DNA of 64,000 nucleotides, from contig OZ024743.1 in NCBI GenBank assembly GCA_964016885.1, positions 164,548,001 through 164,612,000 on the forward strand. The letters run 5' to 3'. This stretch comes from Eledone cirrhosa. Lineage: Eukaryota. Both the position numbers and the translations under genes were made by a program. The notes beneath the pieces were generated by a model. That model saw only the letters and a list, made by a program, of their open reading frames with translations, was not told the DNA's origin and did no database searches. Shown here in pieces: positions 49,665 to 62,254 of this stretch. Position 1 is the first letter of the stretch. Every line of letters starts with the position of its first letter.

Positions 49665-50277
49665 TGTCAGGTCACCAGTTGGTGCTACTGGTAACATGTA
49701 TCCCAGTACAACCTGTCTCATGGTCGGGTCGTTGGCGACTAAGCTGGCAACCCCACCAAGGTTTCTTGGTGAGGAAGGTGACTTTGAACATCCTGCAGGA
49801 CTAAAAACAAAACCAGTCAAAGGGCAAAGGAGCTCTTAAGAGTCAATGGCCATCCAAAATCACTGGGAGAGATGACCCCTTAGCCTTTGACAAGGCAGAA
49901 TTCTAGGAGAAGGAAAACTCTGATATAACACCTGCAACTCGGATGGTATCCAATGATATTGACTTGTTCTTCTTTTTGGTAAATATCATCTTGGTTAAGA
50001 GAGTGGGACTGGCTTTGTGCAGTGCCTTTGCTCACTATAAAAGCTTCACGGCACACGCATTGCTTTATATCTGGAGATCTTTCTGCACTTGTCGTCACAT
50101 GGTGCCATGGGCCCAGCACTATGTGTCAATAATTGTCACAGGTGTAGTGTTTGTACCAGAATTTTCAAGTCGCTGGCTGGACCAAAAAGTCACACTTGTT
50201 TAGCGCATCGGTAGGGGTTCTCCTACATGGATATAAAGTAGTGGCCGTACTCGAAAACAAGTTGTCTGGCAACCACC
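49665..50277 (+). mobile_element. ~610-bp non-coding element, full copy
   Basis: Same ends as 10631-11239; microsatellite on both sides. Confidence 0.8.
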
Positions 50278-51120
<843 letters not shown>

Positions 51121-51524
51121 TCTTCCCCCAACCCTTGCTTTCACATACACACACACACACACACACGTACACCTACACACACACACCACCTTCAGCCCTC
51201 CCTGCTCGGACACGCCGTCTCCCTCTCCCCACTCCATCCGCCACCACCCCTACACGCCCCACACCCTTCCACCACCTGTTTTACCCCATTTTAATTTTAT
51301 TTTGATCACGCCTTTATTTTTAATTTCATTTGCACCGTTTCCTCTCACCCCCTTTTTGCTATATGTCTCTCCACCACTCCCCTACACACCCTTTCAACTC
51401 TCTTCCCACACACTTTTCACCTGAAGAAGGGCCTATGCCCGAAACGTCGGTCCCCACCTCCACCCCACTCTCAAGAGCGTGAAATTAATAAACCTTTGTT
51501 TGTACTGCCTCTCTGTTTTGTTTC
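51121..51524 (+). mobile_element. Penelope-type pLTR fragment
   Basis: Pyrimidine-rich UTR, minimal hammerhead motif at 51419-51451, AATAAA at ~51487. Confidence 0.55.
51419..51451 (+). ncRNA. Minimal hammerhead ribozyme-like motif
   Basis: CTGAAGA-A-GGGC-ctat-GCCC-GAAA-CG-TC; palindromic stem III (ACGT), weak stem I. Confidence 0.55.
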
Positions 51525-51594
51525 CGCATCGGTAGGGGTTCTCCTACATGGATATAAAGTAGTGGCCGTACTCGAAAACGAGTTGGCAGCTACC
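51525..51594 (+). mobile_element. Terminal 70 bp of the 610-bp element
   Basis: Matches ~50204-50277. Confidence 0.8.
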
Positions 51595-51637
51595 ATATGT
51601 ATATGTATATATGTATGTATATGTATATATATGTGTG

Positions 51638-51669
<32 letters not shown>

Positions 51670-51767
51670 TGTGTGTGTATATATATGTATATGTGTGTAT
51701 ATGTGTATCTATATGTGTATATGTGTATGTATATGTATATGTATATATATGTATATATGTATGTATA

Positions 51768-52027
51768 TCCAGCTAACCTCAGTCTCCTCTGTGTCACTTT
51801 TGAGCTGACTTTTGGGATGCTCCCATACAGCTCTGAGTTTTTCATCCTCAGTGTATACTGATTAATGTTCAGAGCCATCCTCAGCATTCTCGTGTAGTAC
51901 CCATCCACTAAGGATAGACACTGGTCTGTTGGAGACGCAGGACATGGCAGCGATAATGAGGGACAGAGACCGCTGGAGAGAACTCGTCCATGTATCTCGG
52001 GAATTTTACCTGCCTTAGAATAGAATG
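51768..52027. mobile_element. Short RTE/RTEX-like LINE 3' insertion with inversion
   Basis: (-) [20 protein letters not shown]; (+) [23 protein letters not shown] then TAGAATAGAAT tail. Confidence 0.7.
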
Positions 52028-52292
52028 TATGTATATATATATGTATATGTATGTATATATATATATATATGTATGTATGTGTGTATATATATATGTATAT
52101 ATATATATATATATATGTATATGTATGTATGATATATATATATGTGTATATATATATTTGTGTATATATATATATATGTGTATATATATATATGTGTATA
52201 TATATGTATATATTTATATATGTATGTATATGTGTATGTATATGTATGTATATATGTGTGGATATATATATGTATATATATATATATATCTT

Positions 52293-52703
52293 CCGGGAGA
52301 GATGTCTCCTTAGCCTTTGTCAAGGCAGAATTCTAGGAGAAGGAAAACTCTGATATAACACCTGCAGCCCTGATGGTATCCAATGATGTTGACTTGTTCT
52401 TCTTTTTGGTAAATATCATCTTGGTTAAGAGAGTGGGACTGGCTTTGTGCAGTGCCTTTGCTCACTATAAAAGCTTCACGGCACAGGCATTGCTTTATAT
52501 CTGGAGATCTATCTGCATTTGTCATCACAAGGTACAATTGGCCCAGCACTATGTGTCAGTAATTATCACAAGTGTAGTGTTTGTACCAGAGTTTTCAAGT
52601 CGCTGGCTGGACTTAAAAGTCACACTCGTTCAGCGCATCAGTAGGGGTTCTCCTACATGGATATAAAGTAGTGGCCGTACTCGAATACGAGTTGGCAGCC
52701 ACC
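52293..52703 (+). mobile_element. 610-bp element, truncated copy
   Basis: Matches ~49863-50277. Confidence 0.8.
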
Positions 52704-52814
52704 ATATATATATATATATGTATGTATATATATATATGTATGTATATATATATATATATATGTATGTATATATGTATGTATATATATATATGTATGTATG
52801 TATATATATGTATG

Positions 52815-52848
<34 letters not shown>

Positions 52849-53260
52849 TATATGTATGTATATATATATATATGTATGTATGTATATATATATATATGTA
52901 TATATATATTTATATATATGTATGTATGTATATATATATATATATGTAGGAGGTGAGTTTTATTGTAGTACAATAAAGCAATGCAGATATCGGATAAGAA
53001 GCACTCTACAGTTTGTAGGACTGGAGTATACATAATATATAAGATCAATAAAATACATGGAACTCCTTTAACCATCTTTTGATCTTATATATTATGTATA
53101 CTCCAGTCCTACAAACTGTAGAGTGCTTCTTATCCGATATCTGCATTGCTTTATTGTACTACAATAAAACTCACCTCCTACATTAACTTGCTCTTAACGG
53201 TTGAGCGCTTACTCTCATATTGGATACCTTCTGATGGTCTTTTACCTCTTCTTCTACAAC

Positions 53261-55654
53261 ATGGATTATTACAACATAACCAATTCAACTAAAGACATTC
53301 CTATACCTGGTAAATCTGAATTCACCAAACTTCTAATTGAAAAAACTGACTCCTTCGTAAGAAGACTTAGATGGATAGCCTATTTCTATGACCAGCGCCT
53401 AAAAGGGAACTTCTATACCAAAGAACATAACTTCCTCGATCATCTATTTAATTCTAGAAGAAATCCTCCTTCCAACAAAAATCTAGTGCAATTCGAGGAA
53501 GAGTTAACTAAAATAATAAAAAATCTTAAATTCAAGAGATACCCTTACAAAGGACAAGAGCACCTTGTAAATCTCAAGAACACAATTTCTAACCTAAATT
53601 CCTCAAAAAATGTTTTAGTCCACTCTGACAAAACCAATAACTTATATGGTATTTCCAAGGATAATTATAACAACCTTATCCTAAAGGAACTTAGGAAAAA
53701 GTATCGTAAAACCAACCATGAAAATTTAGAATACATAAACCTTGAAGCCTCTGAGATTATGTCAAAACTTGGCATTGAAAAAAAGACCGAACCATTCCTC
53801 CCAAGAACTCCGAGGATAAATCTCAAGGATCACAAAAACAATTTTCGCACTGAACTACCTGTTAGATTAATCGCCCCCTCTAAATCTGATCTGGGGGTTG
53901 TTAGTAAAGCCATCTTGGATAGAATTATCCCACAGGTTAGTTCTAATTGCTCTTCTTTGAACCTAAATTTATGGTTTGGTACTTCTGAAGTGATTGGCTG
54001 GTTCAACAAATTGGATAATAAAAACAAACTAAAATTTATTCAATTTGATATTGCCAGCTACTATTCCTCCATTTCGCCTTCACTTCTCAATAATGCTCTA
54101 TCTTTCGCACTTAAATATTCTGACATCACCACAGATGAACTTCACATCATCCTCACCGCACGTAAAACCATCCTAGAGTTCAACAACGAATATTGGACCA
54201 GAGCCGATACCTCTAACAACTTCGACATCACAATGGGAGCATCCGATTCATCCCAATTGACTGATTTAATTGGTATCTTTATTTTGAACTCTTTGAGTCG
54301 GAAAATTCCTCAACTTCGCGGTGGAATTTATCGTGACGATGGACTCTTTACTATCTTAAATTGCAATATAGTTAACCTTAATATTATTAAGAACAATATA
54401 CGTAATCTCTTTAACCAACATAACCTAAAAATTGAATTTGATAACAGTATCAAACTAGCTAATTTCTTGGATGTATCTCTTAATCTTGACACTGGCCTAT
54501 ATTACCCTTACCATAAAAACAATGAGAACCTAAATTATGTTAACTTTAAATCTAACCATCCTACCAATATCAAGAATGCTATAGTTAGTAATATTGGAAA
54601 AAGAATATCTAACATATCTTCTAATAAAAACATCTTTGATGCTAACGCCAATTACTATAATAACGCACTTTCTAAAGCCGGCTATCCTGATAAAATCAAA
54701 TATAGTAAAGAAACAAATTCTAGAAAAACTTACAGTAGAATAATTAATCATGATCATTCCAATAACTTTAATAAAAGATCTAGATACAAAAACATAATCT
54801 GGTATAATGCTCCTTTCTCCATCTCTATTAATAACAATATTCCTAAATTATTCTTTAGTGCCTTAAATAAATGCTTCCCTCCCTCACATATCTATAGTAA
54901 AATATTTAACAAACACACCATCAAATTTTCTTATTCTACATCCTCCAATATTTCCAACATTATCTCTAAACACAACAATAAAATACTAAATACTAAATCT
55001 CTTCCTTCCAACACTGAATTTCATAATAACAGTAATAGTACTCCCGACGTCATTGTAAACCCTAGGCTAATTTCTGTAAACCCAAATACAACGTCAAACA
55101 CAACTTCGCTAAATGTTCATAATCCAACTCTAAATCAAGAAACTATTATTCCTATCGCAAACAACTTCTCCAATCCAATTCCTTCTATAGATAACACTAG
55201 GTCACTCATTAATAATCTCTCTAATTGCAACTGCCGCATTAAAAATAAATGTCCTCTCAACAACCATTGTCTTGATAAAAACTTAATTTATGAATGTAAA
55301 GTTATAACTAGCACCAATTCCTTCACCTATTTTGGCTCCACTTCCACCTCTTTTAAAGCTCGTCTCTATAATCATCATTCATCTTTTAAATACAAACTTA
55401 AAAGAACCAACACGGCTCTCTCAGAACTCATATGGTCCTTGAAAGACAAAAACATTAAATATACCATCTTTTGGAAGAAGGTTTCTTCTGCGTCTCCATA
55501 CTTGAACAGCTCTCTATCTAAAATCTGTAATCTCTGCCTAAATGAAAAATTTACCATTATCTCTAATCTAGATTCTATAATAAATAGACGTACAGATTTG
55601 TTTTCTATCTGCTTGCATAAATTCCATAAGACTTTTCACAAAGTATACAGCTAA
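53261..55654 (+). CDS. Penelope-type reverse transcriptase with C-terminal GIY-YIG endonuclease
   Basis: STKDIPIP, SDKT, LKDHK, VRLI, QFDIASYYSSI, MGASDS, YRDD, FLDV, SNHP; CNC..CPL..CL..LIY..YFGST..FKARLYNH..CNLCLNEK; no stops. Start at ATG 53261 is inferred (frame open from 53201). Confidence 0.9.
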   Translation: MDYYNITNSTKDIPIPGKSEFTKLLIEKTDSFVRRLRWIAYFYDQRLKGNFYTKEHNFLDHLFNSRRNPPSNKNLVQFEEELTKIIKNLKFKRYPYKGQEHLVNLKNTISNLNSSKNVLVHSDKTNNLYGISKDNYNNLILKELRKKYRKTNHENLEYINLEASEIMSKLGIEKKTEPFLPRTPRINLKDHKNNFRTELPVRLIAPSKSDLGVVSKAILDRIIPQVSSNCSSLNLNLWFGTSEVIGWFNKLDNKNKLKFIQFDIASYYSSISPSLLNNALSFALKYSDITTDELHIILTARKTILEFNNEYWTRADTSNNFDITMGASDSSQLTDLIGIFILNSLSRKIPQLRGGIYRDDGLFTILNCNIVNLNIIKNNIRNLFNQHNLKIEFDNSIKLANFLDVSLNLDTGLYYPYHKNNENLNYVNFKSNHPTNIKNAIVSNIGKRISNISSNKNIFDANANYYNNALSKAGYPDKIKYSKETNSRKTYSRIINHDHSNNFNKRSRYKNIIWYNAPFSISINNNIPKLFFSALNKCFPPSHIYSKIFNKHTIKFSYSTSSNISNIISKHNNKILNTKSLPSNTEFHNNSNSTPDVIVNPRLISVNPNTTSNTTSLNVHNPTLNQETIIPIANNFSNPIPSIDNTRSLINNLSNCNCRIKNKCPLNNHCLDKNLIYECKVITSTNSFTYFGSTSTSFKARLYNHHSSFKYKLKRTNTALSELIWSLKDKNIKYTIFWKKVSSASPYLNSSLSKICNLCLNEKFTIISNLDSIINRRTDLFSICLHKFHKTFHKVYS

Positions 55655-55898
55655 TATTCAATTCTTTATCAATTTAGAATCTTTTCTCAAAGGCACATAT
55701 ACATACACCTCTTTTAAAATATACCCATCTTCCTACCTTACTTCAAAGGGTATTATACTCTCTATAATACTTGTTTACTCATTACCCTCACTCTATCTTC
55801 ACCTTGTAAAATCATTCGTAACATATATATTTGTTTTTTGACGCTAGATTATTCATCCTTAATTTATTATTTTTTTCTCCCCATCATCTAACTCATTC

Positions 55899-56122
55899 TT
55901 AATACATATTAACTCTTTCTTCGCACATATTATCAATTCCTTCAATATACAAACCTTAACTTCACATTATTTTTCTCAAATCCTTCAATACACAAACCTT
56001 AATAATTTTTTAATACATATTAACTCTTTCTTCGCACATATTATCAATTCCTTCAATATACAAACCTTAACTTCACATTATTTTTCTCAAATCCTTCAAT
56101 ACACAAACCTTAATAATTTTTT
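55899..56122. repeat. ~112-bp perfect tandem duplication in PLE 3'UTR
   Basis: TTAATACATATTAACTCTTTC...CCTTAATAATTTTT twice. Confidence 0.85.
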
Positions 56123-56580
56123 CTCTTCGTTAATTTTCAAATTTCCATAATACTTGTAAACATACACACAATTTTTTTGACGTTAGAATATTCATCCGCA
56201 ATTATTATTTTTTTCTCTCTATCATCAAACTTTTAAATCTCAATACATATTAACTCCCTCTCCTTCTTCGTACATATTTTTCCCTTCGTTAATTTTCAAA
56301 TTCTTTTAATTTATACATTATCTTCCAACAGTTTTCAACCTCTCTATGTAAAACAATATATCTTTTCTCAGTTATAAAAACTATCTATTTCTCTCTATCA
56401 CCCATCTCTCCCTCTCCACCTTCACTCTCATCTCCTCCCCTTTTTTCATCCTTTCCACCCACCCCCTCTCTAAATAAAATATTTTTTCCCAATATCACAC
56501 ATCAATCTAAAATTACTTTTCATATGTTGATTTAAAACTGCACTATCCACAAGTGTTTTTTAGCCTTCATATCATGTCCT

Positions 56581-56656
56581 CCTGTTTTATCTGATGAAAA
56601 CACATATTATTGCATGATGATGTTTGTTTTTGAAATGCGCATAATAAAATACATGG
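56581..56656 (+). ncRNA. Type I hammerhead ribozyme of the Penelope element
   Basis: TTTTAT-CTGATGA(56591-97)-long stem II-GAAA(56632-35)-TGCGCA-T-A-ATAAAA; palindromic stem III ATGCGCAT; predicted cut after 56643. Confidence 0.8.
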
Positions 56657-56881
56657 AACTCCTTTAACCATCTTTTGATCTTATATATTATATATATATG
56701 TATATATATATTTATATATATGTATGTATATATATATATAGGTATGTATATATATATATATGTATGTATATATATTTATGTATGTATATATATATATATA
56801 TATATTTATGTATGTATATATATATATTTATATATATATATATATATACATGTATGTATTATATATGTATATGTATGTATG

Positions 56882-56913
<32 letters not shown>

Positions 56914-56941
56914 CATATATGTGTATATATATATATGTATG

Positions 56942-58783
56942 TAAGGTGGAAGAGTCTATTAAGGCCAAAAAGCAGGCTTGGAAAGTATGGCGGGGTGGGG
57001 GAAGTAGAGAAGACTATCAAGTGGCCAGGAGGGAAGCTTGGAGACAAGTGTACTTCGCAAGAAGGGAAGCAGAGGAAAGAAAGTTCAAGCATGTTCTACA
57101 ACACGAGGACCAAAAACATCAGGTGTTCAGGATTGCTAGGCAAAATGTCAAGGAAAACCGTGATATTATTGGGGAGAAGTGTGTCCTAAATGATGATGGT
57201 GTACTTGCCATCATTGATGCTGATAAGAAGGTGGCTTGGAAGAGTCACTACGAAAGGCTACTAAATCAGGAGAATAAATGGGAGAAAGACAGTCTCCCCC
57301 ACATCCATCCAATCGAGTGACCAGCAGTGTTAGTTGAAGGTAGTATAATAAGTAAGGCAATCAAAGATATGAAGACGGGTAAGGCAGCTGGGCCTTTGGA
57401 AATAGTTGCTGAAATGCTGAAAGCATCTGGAACGGTGGGACACACTATGGTCACCCGGATAGTAAACCAAGTTATACAGAATGGGGCCATTCTGAAGGAC
57501 TGGTGTAGCAGCATCATCATTAACTGCTACAAGGGTAAAGGAGATGCCCTCGATAGGGGTAACTATAGAGGCATTAAATTAATCGACCAGGTCATGAAGG
57601 TCACATAATAAGTAAGAGCGCAACTAATCAAAGAACAAATTGATCTAGATGAAATGCCGTTCGGGTTTGTGTCAGGTAAAAGTACCACAGACGCTCTTTT
57701 CATTGTACAACTACAGGAGAAGTACCTAGCTAAAAGTAAACCCCTATACTTAGCTTTTGTTGACTTGTGGCCGGTGCTCTGGTGTAATAAGTAGCAGCAA
57801 GTGCCCACAGAATACTAGCTCATTCCATTGCACAGATGGTTCTATAGAAATAGTGGACACCTTCCGTTACCTGGGTGACAAAATCAGCAGTGGCGGAGGG
57901 TGCTCTGAAAGTACAGTAGCTAGAGTCAGAATGGGATGGAAAAAGTTTAGAGAACTTATACCACTATTAGCCGCTAAAGGGTTCTCTCTAAAAATGAAAG
58001 GCAGGCTGTATGATGCCTGCATACGAACAGCAATGTTACATGGTAGTGAGACCTGGGCATTGTGTGCAGAGGATATATGCAGACTGGAGAGGAATGAAGC
58101 TTGCATGCTTCGCTGGATGTGTAATAGTAATATACGTGAACAGCAAAGCATAAACGAACTAAGGGAGAAATTAGGAATAAGAGGGATCAGATGTTGTTTA
58201 CTCGAGAGAAGACTACGTTGATATGGTCACGTGATGCGCATGAAAGACGACAGCTGTATAAAAAAGTTCAGGGTGATAAAAATAGATGGTAGCCACGGAG
58301 TAGGCAGACCCAGAAAAACCTGGGACGACTTGATAAATTCCGACCTCACACACTTACACCTCTCCATGACAATGTCACTGGACCGAGATCTTTGGCTCTA
58401 CAGAAGAAACGCCTTGCCTAAGTACAAAGCGAAACCTACATTCAGTAGGCACCTCTAACAAAAATACACCCCTGTCCCACTACCCCACCCCATCCACACC
58501 ACCCCCTTCAATGTGAAGTTATGTTGGTACCACAACATCCAGTCCGAAACAAATGAGGTCGTGTAGGTGTCACGACAAAAAAACACACCGTCCACGCTGT
58601 AATGTAGCCGTGTAGGTAACACAGTAAAAACCTCTCAGTCCACACTGTAAACGTGGTTGGTGTTAGGAACGGCATCCAGCCGTAGAAAACCCGAGCAGGA
58701 CAACCAATCTTGCCTCAAGTGGGATAACTCCCGTCCAAACCCATGCAAGCGTGGAAGATTGATGTTAAACGATGATGATGATG
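56942..58783 (+). mobile_element. RTE subfamily B copy with stops and ~550-bp internal deletion
   Basis: Homologous to 18201-19830 and to RTE-A; jumps from AFVD to CGRC at ~57766; (GAT)4 tail. Confidence 0.9.
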
Positions 58784-58790
58784 TATATAT

Positions 58791-61700
58791 ATCATCATCA
58801 TCATCATCATCACCGTTTTACGTCCGTTCTTCCACGCTAGCATGGGTTAGACGGGTTGTCCTGTTGTGGGCAGTGTCTGGTCGGCTGACCATGCCTTGCT
58901 CATACAGGAACTGATCTGGCTTGATTTCTACAGCTGGATGCCCTTCCTAACACCAACCTCATTTACAGTGAGTGCTGGGTGCTTTTTCGTGGCGCCTACA
59001 CGTCCACTTTACAGTGTGGGCTGGGTGCTTTTTTGCCGTGGCACCTCCACGACCACCTTGCGGTGGGGGGGGGGGGCATATTGTTTATATGCTTCAGCAT
59101 GTACCCATGGGAGGTCGGGTACCCTGTATTACTGCGTGACGCCAGAAGTCACGGTCGTGTGTCATTGACTTTGAGAGGTGTAGTTGGGTAAGGTCGGCTT
59201 TTATCACCTCATCCCAAGTCATCTTGGGTCTCCCCACTCCGCGGTTTCCATCAACTTCTAGTGCTCTGCACCTTTTTATGCAGCTGTCATCCTTCATACG
59301 CATCACATGTCCATACCAGCGTAACCGCCTCTCCTGCACGCAGCATTTGATTCCTCTTATGCTCAGTCTCTCTCTCAATTCATTTATGCTTTGTCGTTCA
59401 CGTATATTACTGTTACACATCCATCGGAGCATGCAGGCTTCGTTTCTCTCTAATCTACGTAAGTCTTCCACCTTCAGCGCCCAGGTCTCACTACCATGCA
59501 ACATCGCTGTTCGGATACACGCATCATACAGTCTGCCTTTCATTCTGAGGGAGAAGCCTTTTGCAGCTAGCAGTGGTAGTAGTTCCCTAAACTTCTTCCA
59601 TCCCGTTCTTACCCTAGTTATTGTACTTTCTGAGCACCCACCTCCGTTGCTAATTCGGTCACCTAGGTAGCAGAAGCTGTCTACTGTTTCTACAGGGCCC
59701 TCCCAGAGATTGGTGGTACTTGTTTCCTGTGGCTGTTTGCTTGCTGTTTCAGCACAGCTGCTGCATGTGAATCCTACATTCTTAATTAAGCTTCCTGAGA
59801 TCCCGCTACATCTCTTGTGTACCCATTGTTTGCATTTGGGGCAAAGAATGGAGTTCCTACCTACACCTTTCCTACATACTGAGCAAGGCCATTTCCCTGA
59901 GGGGATCTGGGTTCTGTTTTCTCGTCTACTTATAAGGACCTTAGTCTTTGTCATGTTGACTTTGAGGCCCTTTCTCTCTAGTCCCTGCTTCCAGGTTTGG
60001 AATTTATTCTCTAGTTCTACCATAGATTCAGCTATGAGTGCGAGGTCATCAGCATACAGGAGTTCCCATGGGCATCCGGTCTTAAACTCCTCCGTTATTG
60101 CCTGCAGGACTATGATGAACAGGAGAGGGCTAAGAACAGAGCCCTGGTGGACCCCAACCTGTACGCTAAATTCCTCGCTATACTCATTGCTAATCCTAAC
60201 TTTGCTGACTGCTCCCCTATACATGGCTTGTACCGCTTTCACAAGCCATTCATCTACTCCTAGTTTTCTAAGAGCCCACCAGATTACTGCACGTGGAACT
60301 CTGTCAAAGGCTTTCTCAAGGTCGACAAATGCCAAGTAGAGTGGCTTACTTTTAGCTAGGTACTTTTCCTGTAATTGCCTCACAAGGAAGAGCGCATCAG
60401 TGGTGCCTTTCCCTGGAACAAACCCAAATTGCATCTCGTCTATATTCACCCGGTCCCTAATCAGCTGTGCTATAACTCTTTCTGTTACTTTCATGACCTG
60501 GTCCATCAACTTTATACCTCTATAGTTTCCTCTATCTAGTGCATCGCCTTTACCTTTGTAGCAGTTGACAATGATGCTACTGCACCAATCTTTTGGTATG
60601 GCCCCCTCTAGTATTACCTGGTTAACGATACGTGTGGTTATAGTGTGACCTACAGACCCAGATGCCTTCAGCATCTCGGCAGCTATACCCGATGGACCGG
60701 TTGCCTTCCCTATCTTCATATCTCTGATTGCCTTACTTACTACGCTGCCGCTGACTTGTACTGCTGGTCCCTCTATAGGGTCTACGTGGGGTAGGGTCTC
60801 TTCTTCCCATGCATTCTCCTCATTTAGTAATCTATCATAATGACTCTTCCATGCATCTTTCTTCTCAGCACTTGTGAGGGCAAGCTCACCTTTATCATTC
60901 CGGATACACTTCTCTCCAATGACATCACAACTATCTCTGACACACTGCCTCGCAATCTTGAATACCTCCTGTTTCTGGTCCTCACGTTGTAAAACATGCT
61001 TGAATTTTCTATCCTCTGCTTCCCTCCTAGCTAAGTATACTTGTCGCCTAGCTTCCCTCTTGGTCTCTATGTAATGTACCCTGCTCCCCCCGTTCTTCCA
61101 TTCTTTCCATGCCTGTCTCTTGGCCTTGACTGCTTCATCTACCTTATTGTTCCACCACCAAGTCACTCTCCTCCTGCTTGAGGTCTTACTCCAGCCACAA
61201 ACCTCATCCGTCGCCTCTAGTAAGTTATTTTTTAGGAACTCCCAGTTCTCTTCTACGTTAAATGTCTCTATCTGTTCTTCTTTACTGTCGTAGGCGTTGA
61301 GTAAAATATCTTTAAATCTGTTACTGGTTGAGGGGACTTTCAGCTTCCAGATCTTTCTTCTCCAGGTTGGCCTCTGTTTCAGGGCTCGTCTAGTTCTGAC
61401 CGTGAGGTCGCTGACAACTAAGCTATGTTGGGATGTATATTCCTCACTAGGGAAGGCTTTTGTGTTTACGACCGTCCATCTGTCACGTCCTCTGATGAGG
61501 ATAAAATCTAACTGACTAGAGTGCTCCCCTGATCTATAGGTGATCAGGTGGTTGTCGGGTTTTTTAAAGTTTGTGTTACATATCGACATGTCATTGGCGT
61601 CGCAGAATTCTAGAAGTCTGAATCCTTCCTCATTCCTTGTGCCAACTCCATGGCCTCCATGTACTCTATTGAAGCCGTCGCAGTGTTTACCTACGTGTCC

Positions 61701-62151
61701 GTTAAAATCTCCTGCAATGATTAGGAAGTCCTTGTCGTCTGTTAGAGCAGTAGTGTGTATTAGGGACTCGTAAAACCTATCCTTAAGTTCGTCTGGCAGC
61801 CCCGATTGGGGTGCGTAAGCTGATATTATTGTGGTAATTGTCTTATTCAGGACTAGTCTGAGTTTAATGATTCTTGCATTTACCCTGTACACTGAGATTA
61901 CTTTATCTACCCACTTGTCAGCTAATAGTATACCTACACCACCCATCCCATCGTCATTTCCCACCCAGAAAAATTTGTAGCACTGGCTTTTTCCTACAAG
62001 GACTCTAGCAGACCCTCCTCTCCATCTAGTCTCTTGCACACAGCATACATCAACTTCCTTTCGCTCTAGCATTTCTACGATTTCTCCTGCTCTTCCTTTC
62101 ATTGAGCCTACATTGATGGTACCAACTCGGAGTTTTGGGCATTTGTCGATA
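58791..62151 (-). mobile_element. RTE subfamily A, near full-length ORF, 5'UTR missing
   Basis: Uninterrupted APE-RT frame, 3'UTR and (GAT)n tail; 5' end joins (TA)n. Confidence 0.95.
59094..62150 (-). CDS. RTE ORF: APE endonuclease + RT with internal PHD finger
   Basis: [39 protein letters not shown]; RT motifs; C4HC3 at 59754-59885. The annotated first Met derives from the flanking microsatellite. Confidence 0.92.
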   Translation of the reverse strand: MDKCPKLRVGTINVGSMKGRAGEIVEMLERKEVDVCCVQETRWRGGSARVLVGKSQCYKFFWVGNDDGMGGVGILLADKWVDKVISVYRVNARIIKLRLVLNKTITTIISAYAPQSGLPDELKDRFYESLIHTTALTDDKDFLIIAGDFNGHVGKHCDGFNRVHGGHGVGTRNEEGFRLLEFCDANDMSICNTNFKKPDNHLITYRSGEHSSQLDFILIRGRDRWTVVNTKAFPSEEYTSQHSLVVSDLTVRTRRALKQRPTWRRKIWKLKVPSTSNRFKDILLNAYDSKEEQIETFNVEENWEFLKNNLLEATDEVCGWSKTSSRRRVTWWWNNKVDEAVKAKRQAWKEWKNGGSRVHYIETKREARRQVYLARREAEDRKFKHVLQREDQKQEVFKIARQCVRDSCDVIGEKCIRNDKGELALTSAEKKDAWKSHYDRLLNEENAWEEETLPHVDPIEGPAVQVSGSVVSKAIRDMKIGKATGPSGIAAEMLKASGSVGHTITTRIVNQVILEGAIPKDWCSSIIVNCYKGKGDALDRGNYRGIKLMDQVMKVTERVIAQLIRDRVNIDEMQFGFVPGKGTTDALFLVRQLQEKYLAKSKPLYLAFVDLEKAFDRVPRAVIWWALRKLGVDEWLVKAVQAMYRGAVSKVRISNEYSEEFSVQVGVHQGSVLSPLLFIIVLQAITEEFKTGCPWELLYADDLALIAESMVELENKFQTWKQGLERKGLKVNMTKTKVLISRRENRTQIPSGKWPCSVCRKGVGRNSILCPKCKQWVHKRCSGISGSLIKNVGFTCSSCAETASKQPQETSTTNLWEGPVETVDSFCYLGDRISNGGGCSESTITRVRTGWKKFRELLPLLAAKGFSLRMKGRLYDACIRTAMLHGSETWALKVEDLRRLERNEACMLRWMCNSNIRERQSINELRERLSIRGIKCCVQERRLRWYGHVMRMKDDSCIKRCRALEVDGNRGVGRPKMTWDEVIKADLTQLHLSKSMTHDRDFWRHAVIQGTRPPMGTC

Positions 62152-62163
62152 CACATATATATG

Positions 62164-62236
<73 letters not shown>

Positions 62237-62254
62237 GTATGTATATATATATAT

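Larger units (their letters stand above)
52944..56691 (+). mobile_element. Penelope-like element, Naiad-type, apparently intact
   Basis: Single RT + GIY-YIG ORF, ~48-bp terminal direct repeat (53048-53095 / 56644-56691), 105-bp inverted 5' extension, hammerhead in 3' region, (TA)n flanks. Confidence 0.88.

Noticed and set aside
53261-55654. Selenoprotein recoding as reported for some Naiad elements
   Set aside because: No in-frame UGA in this ORF
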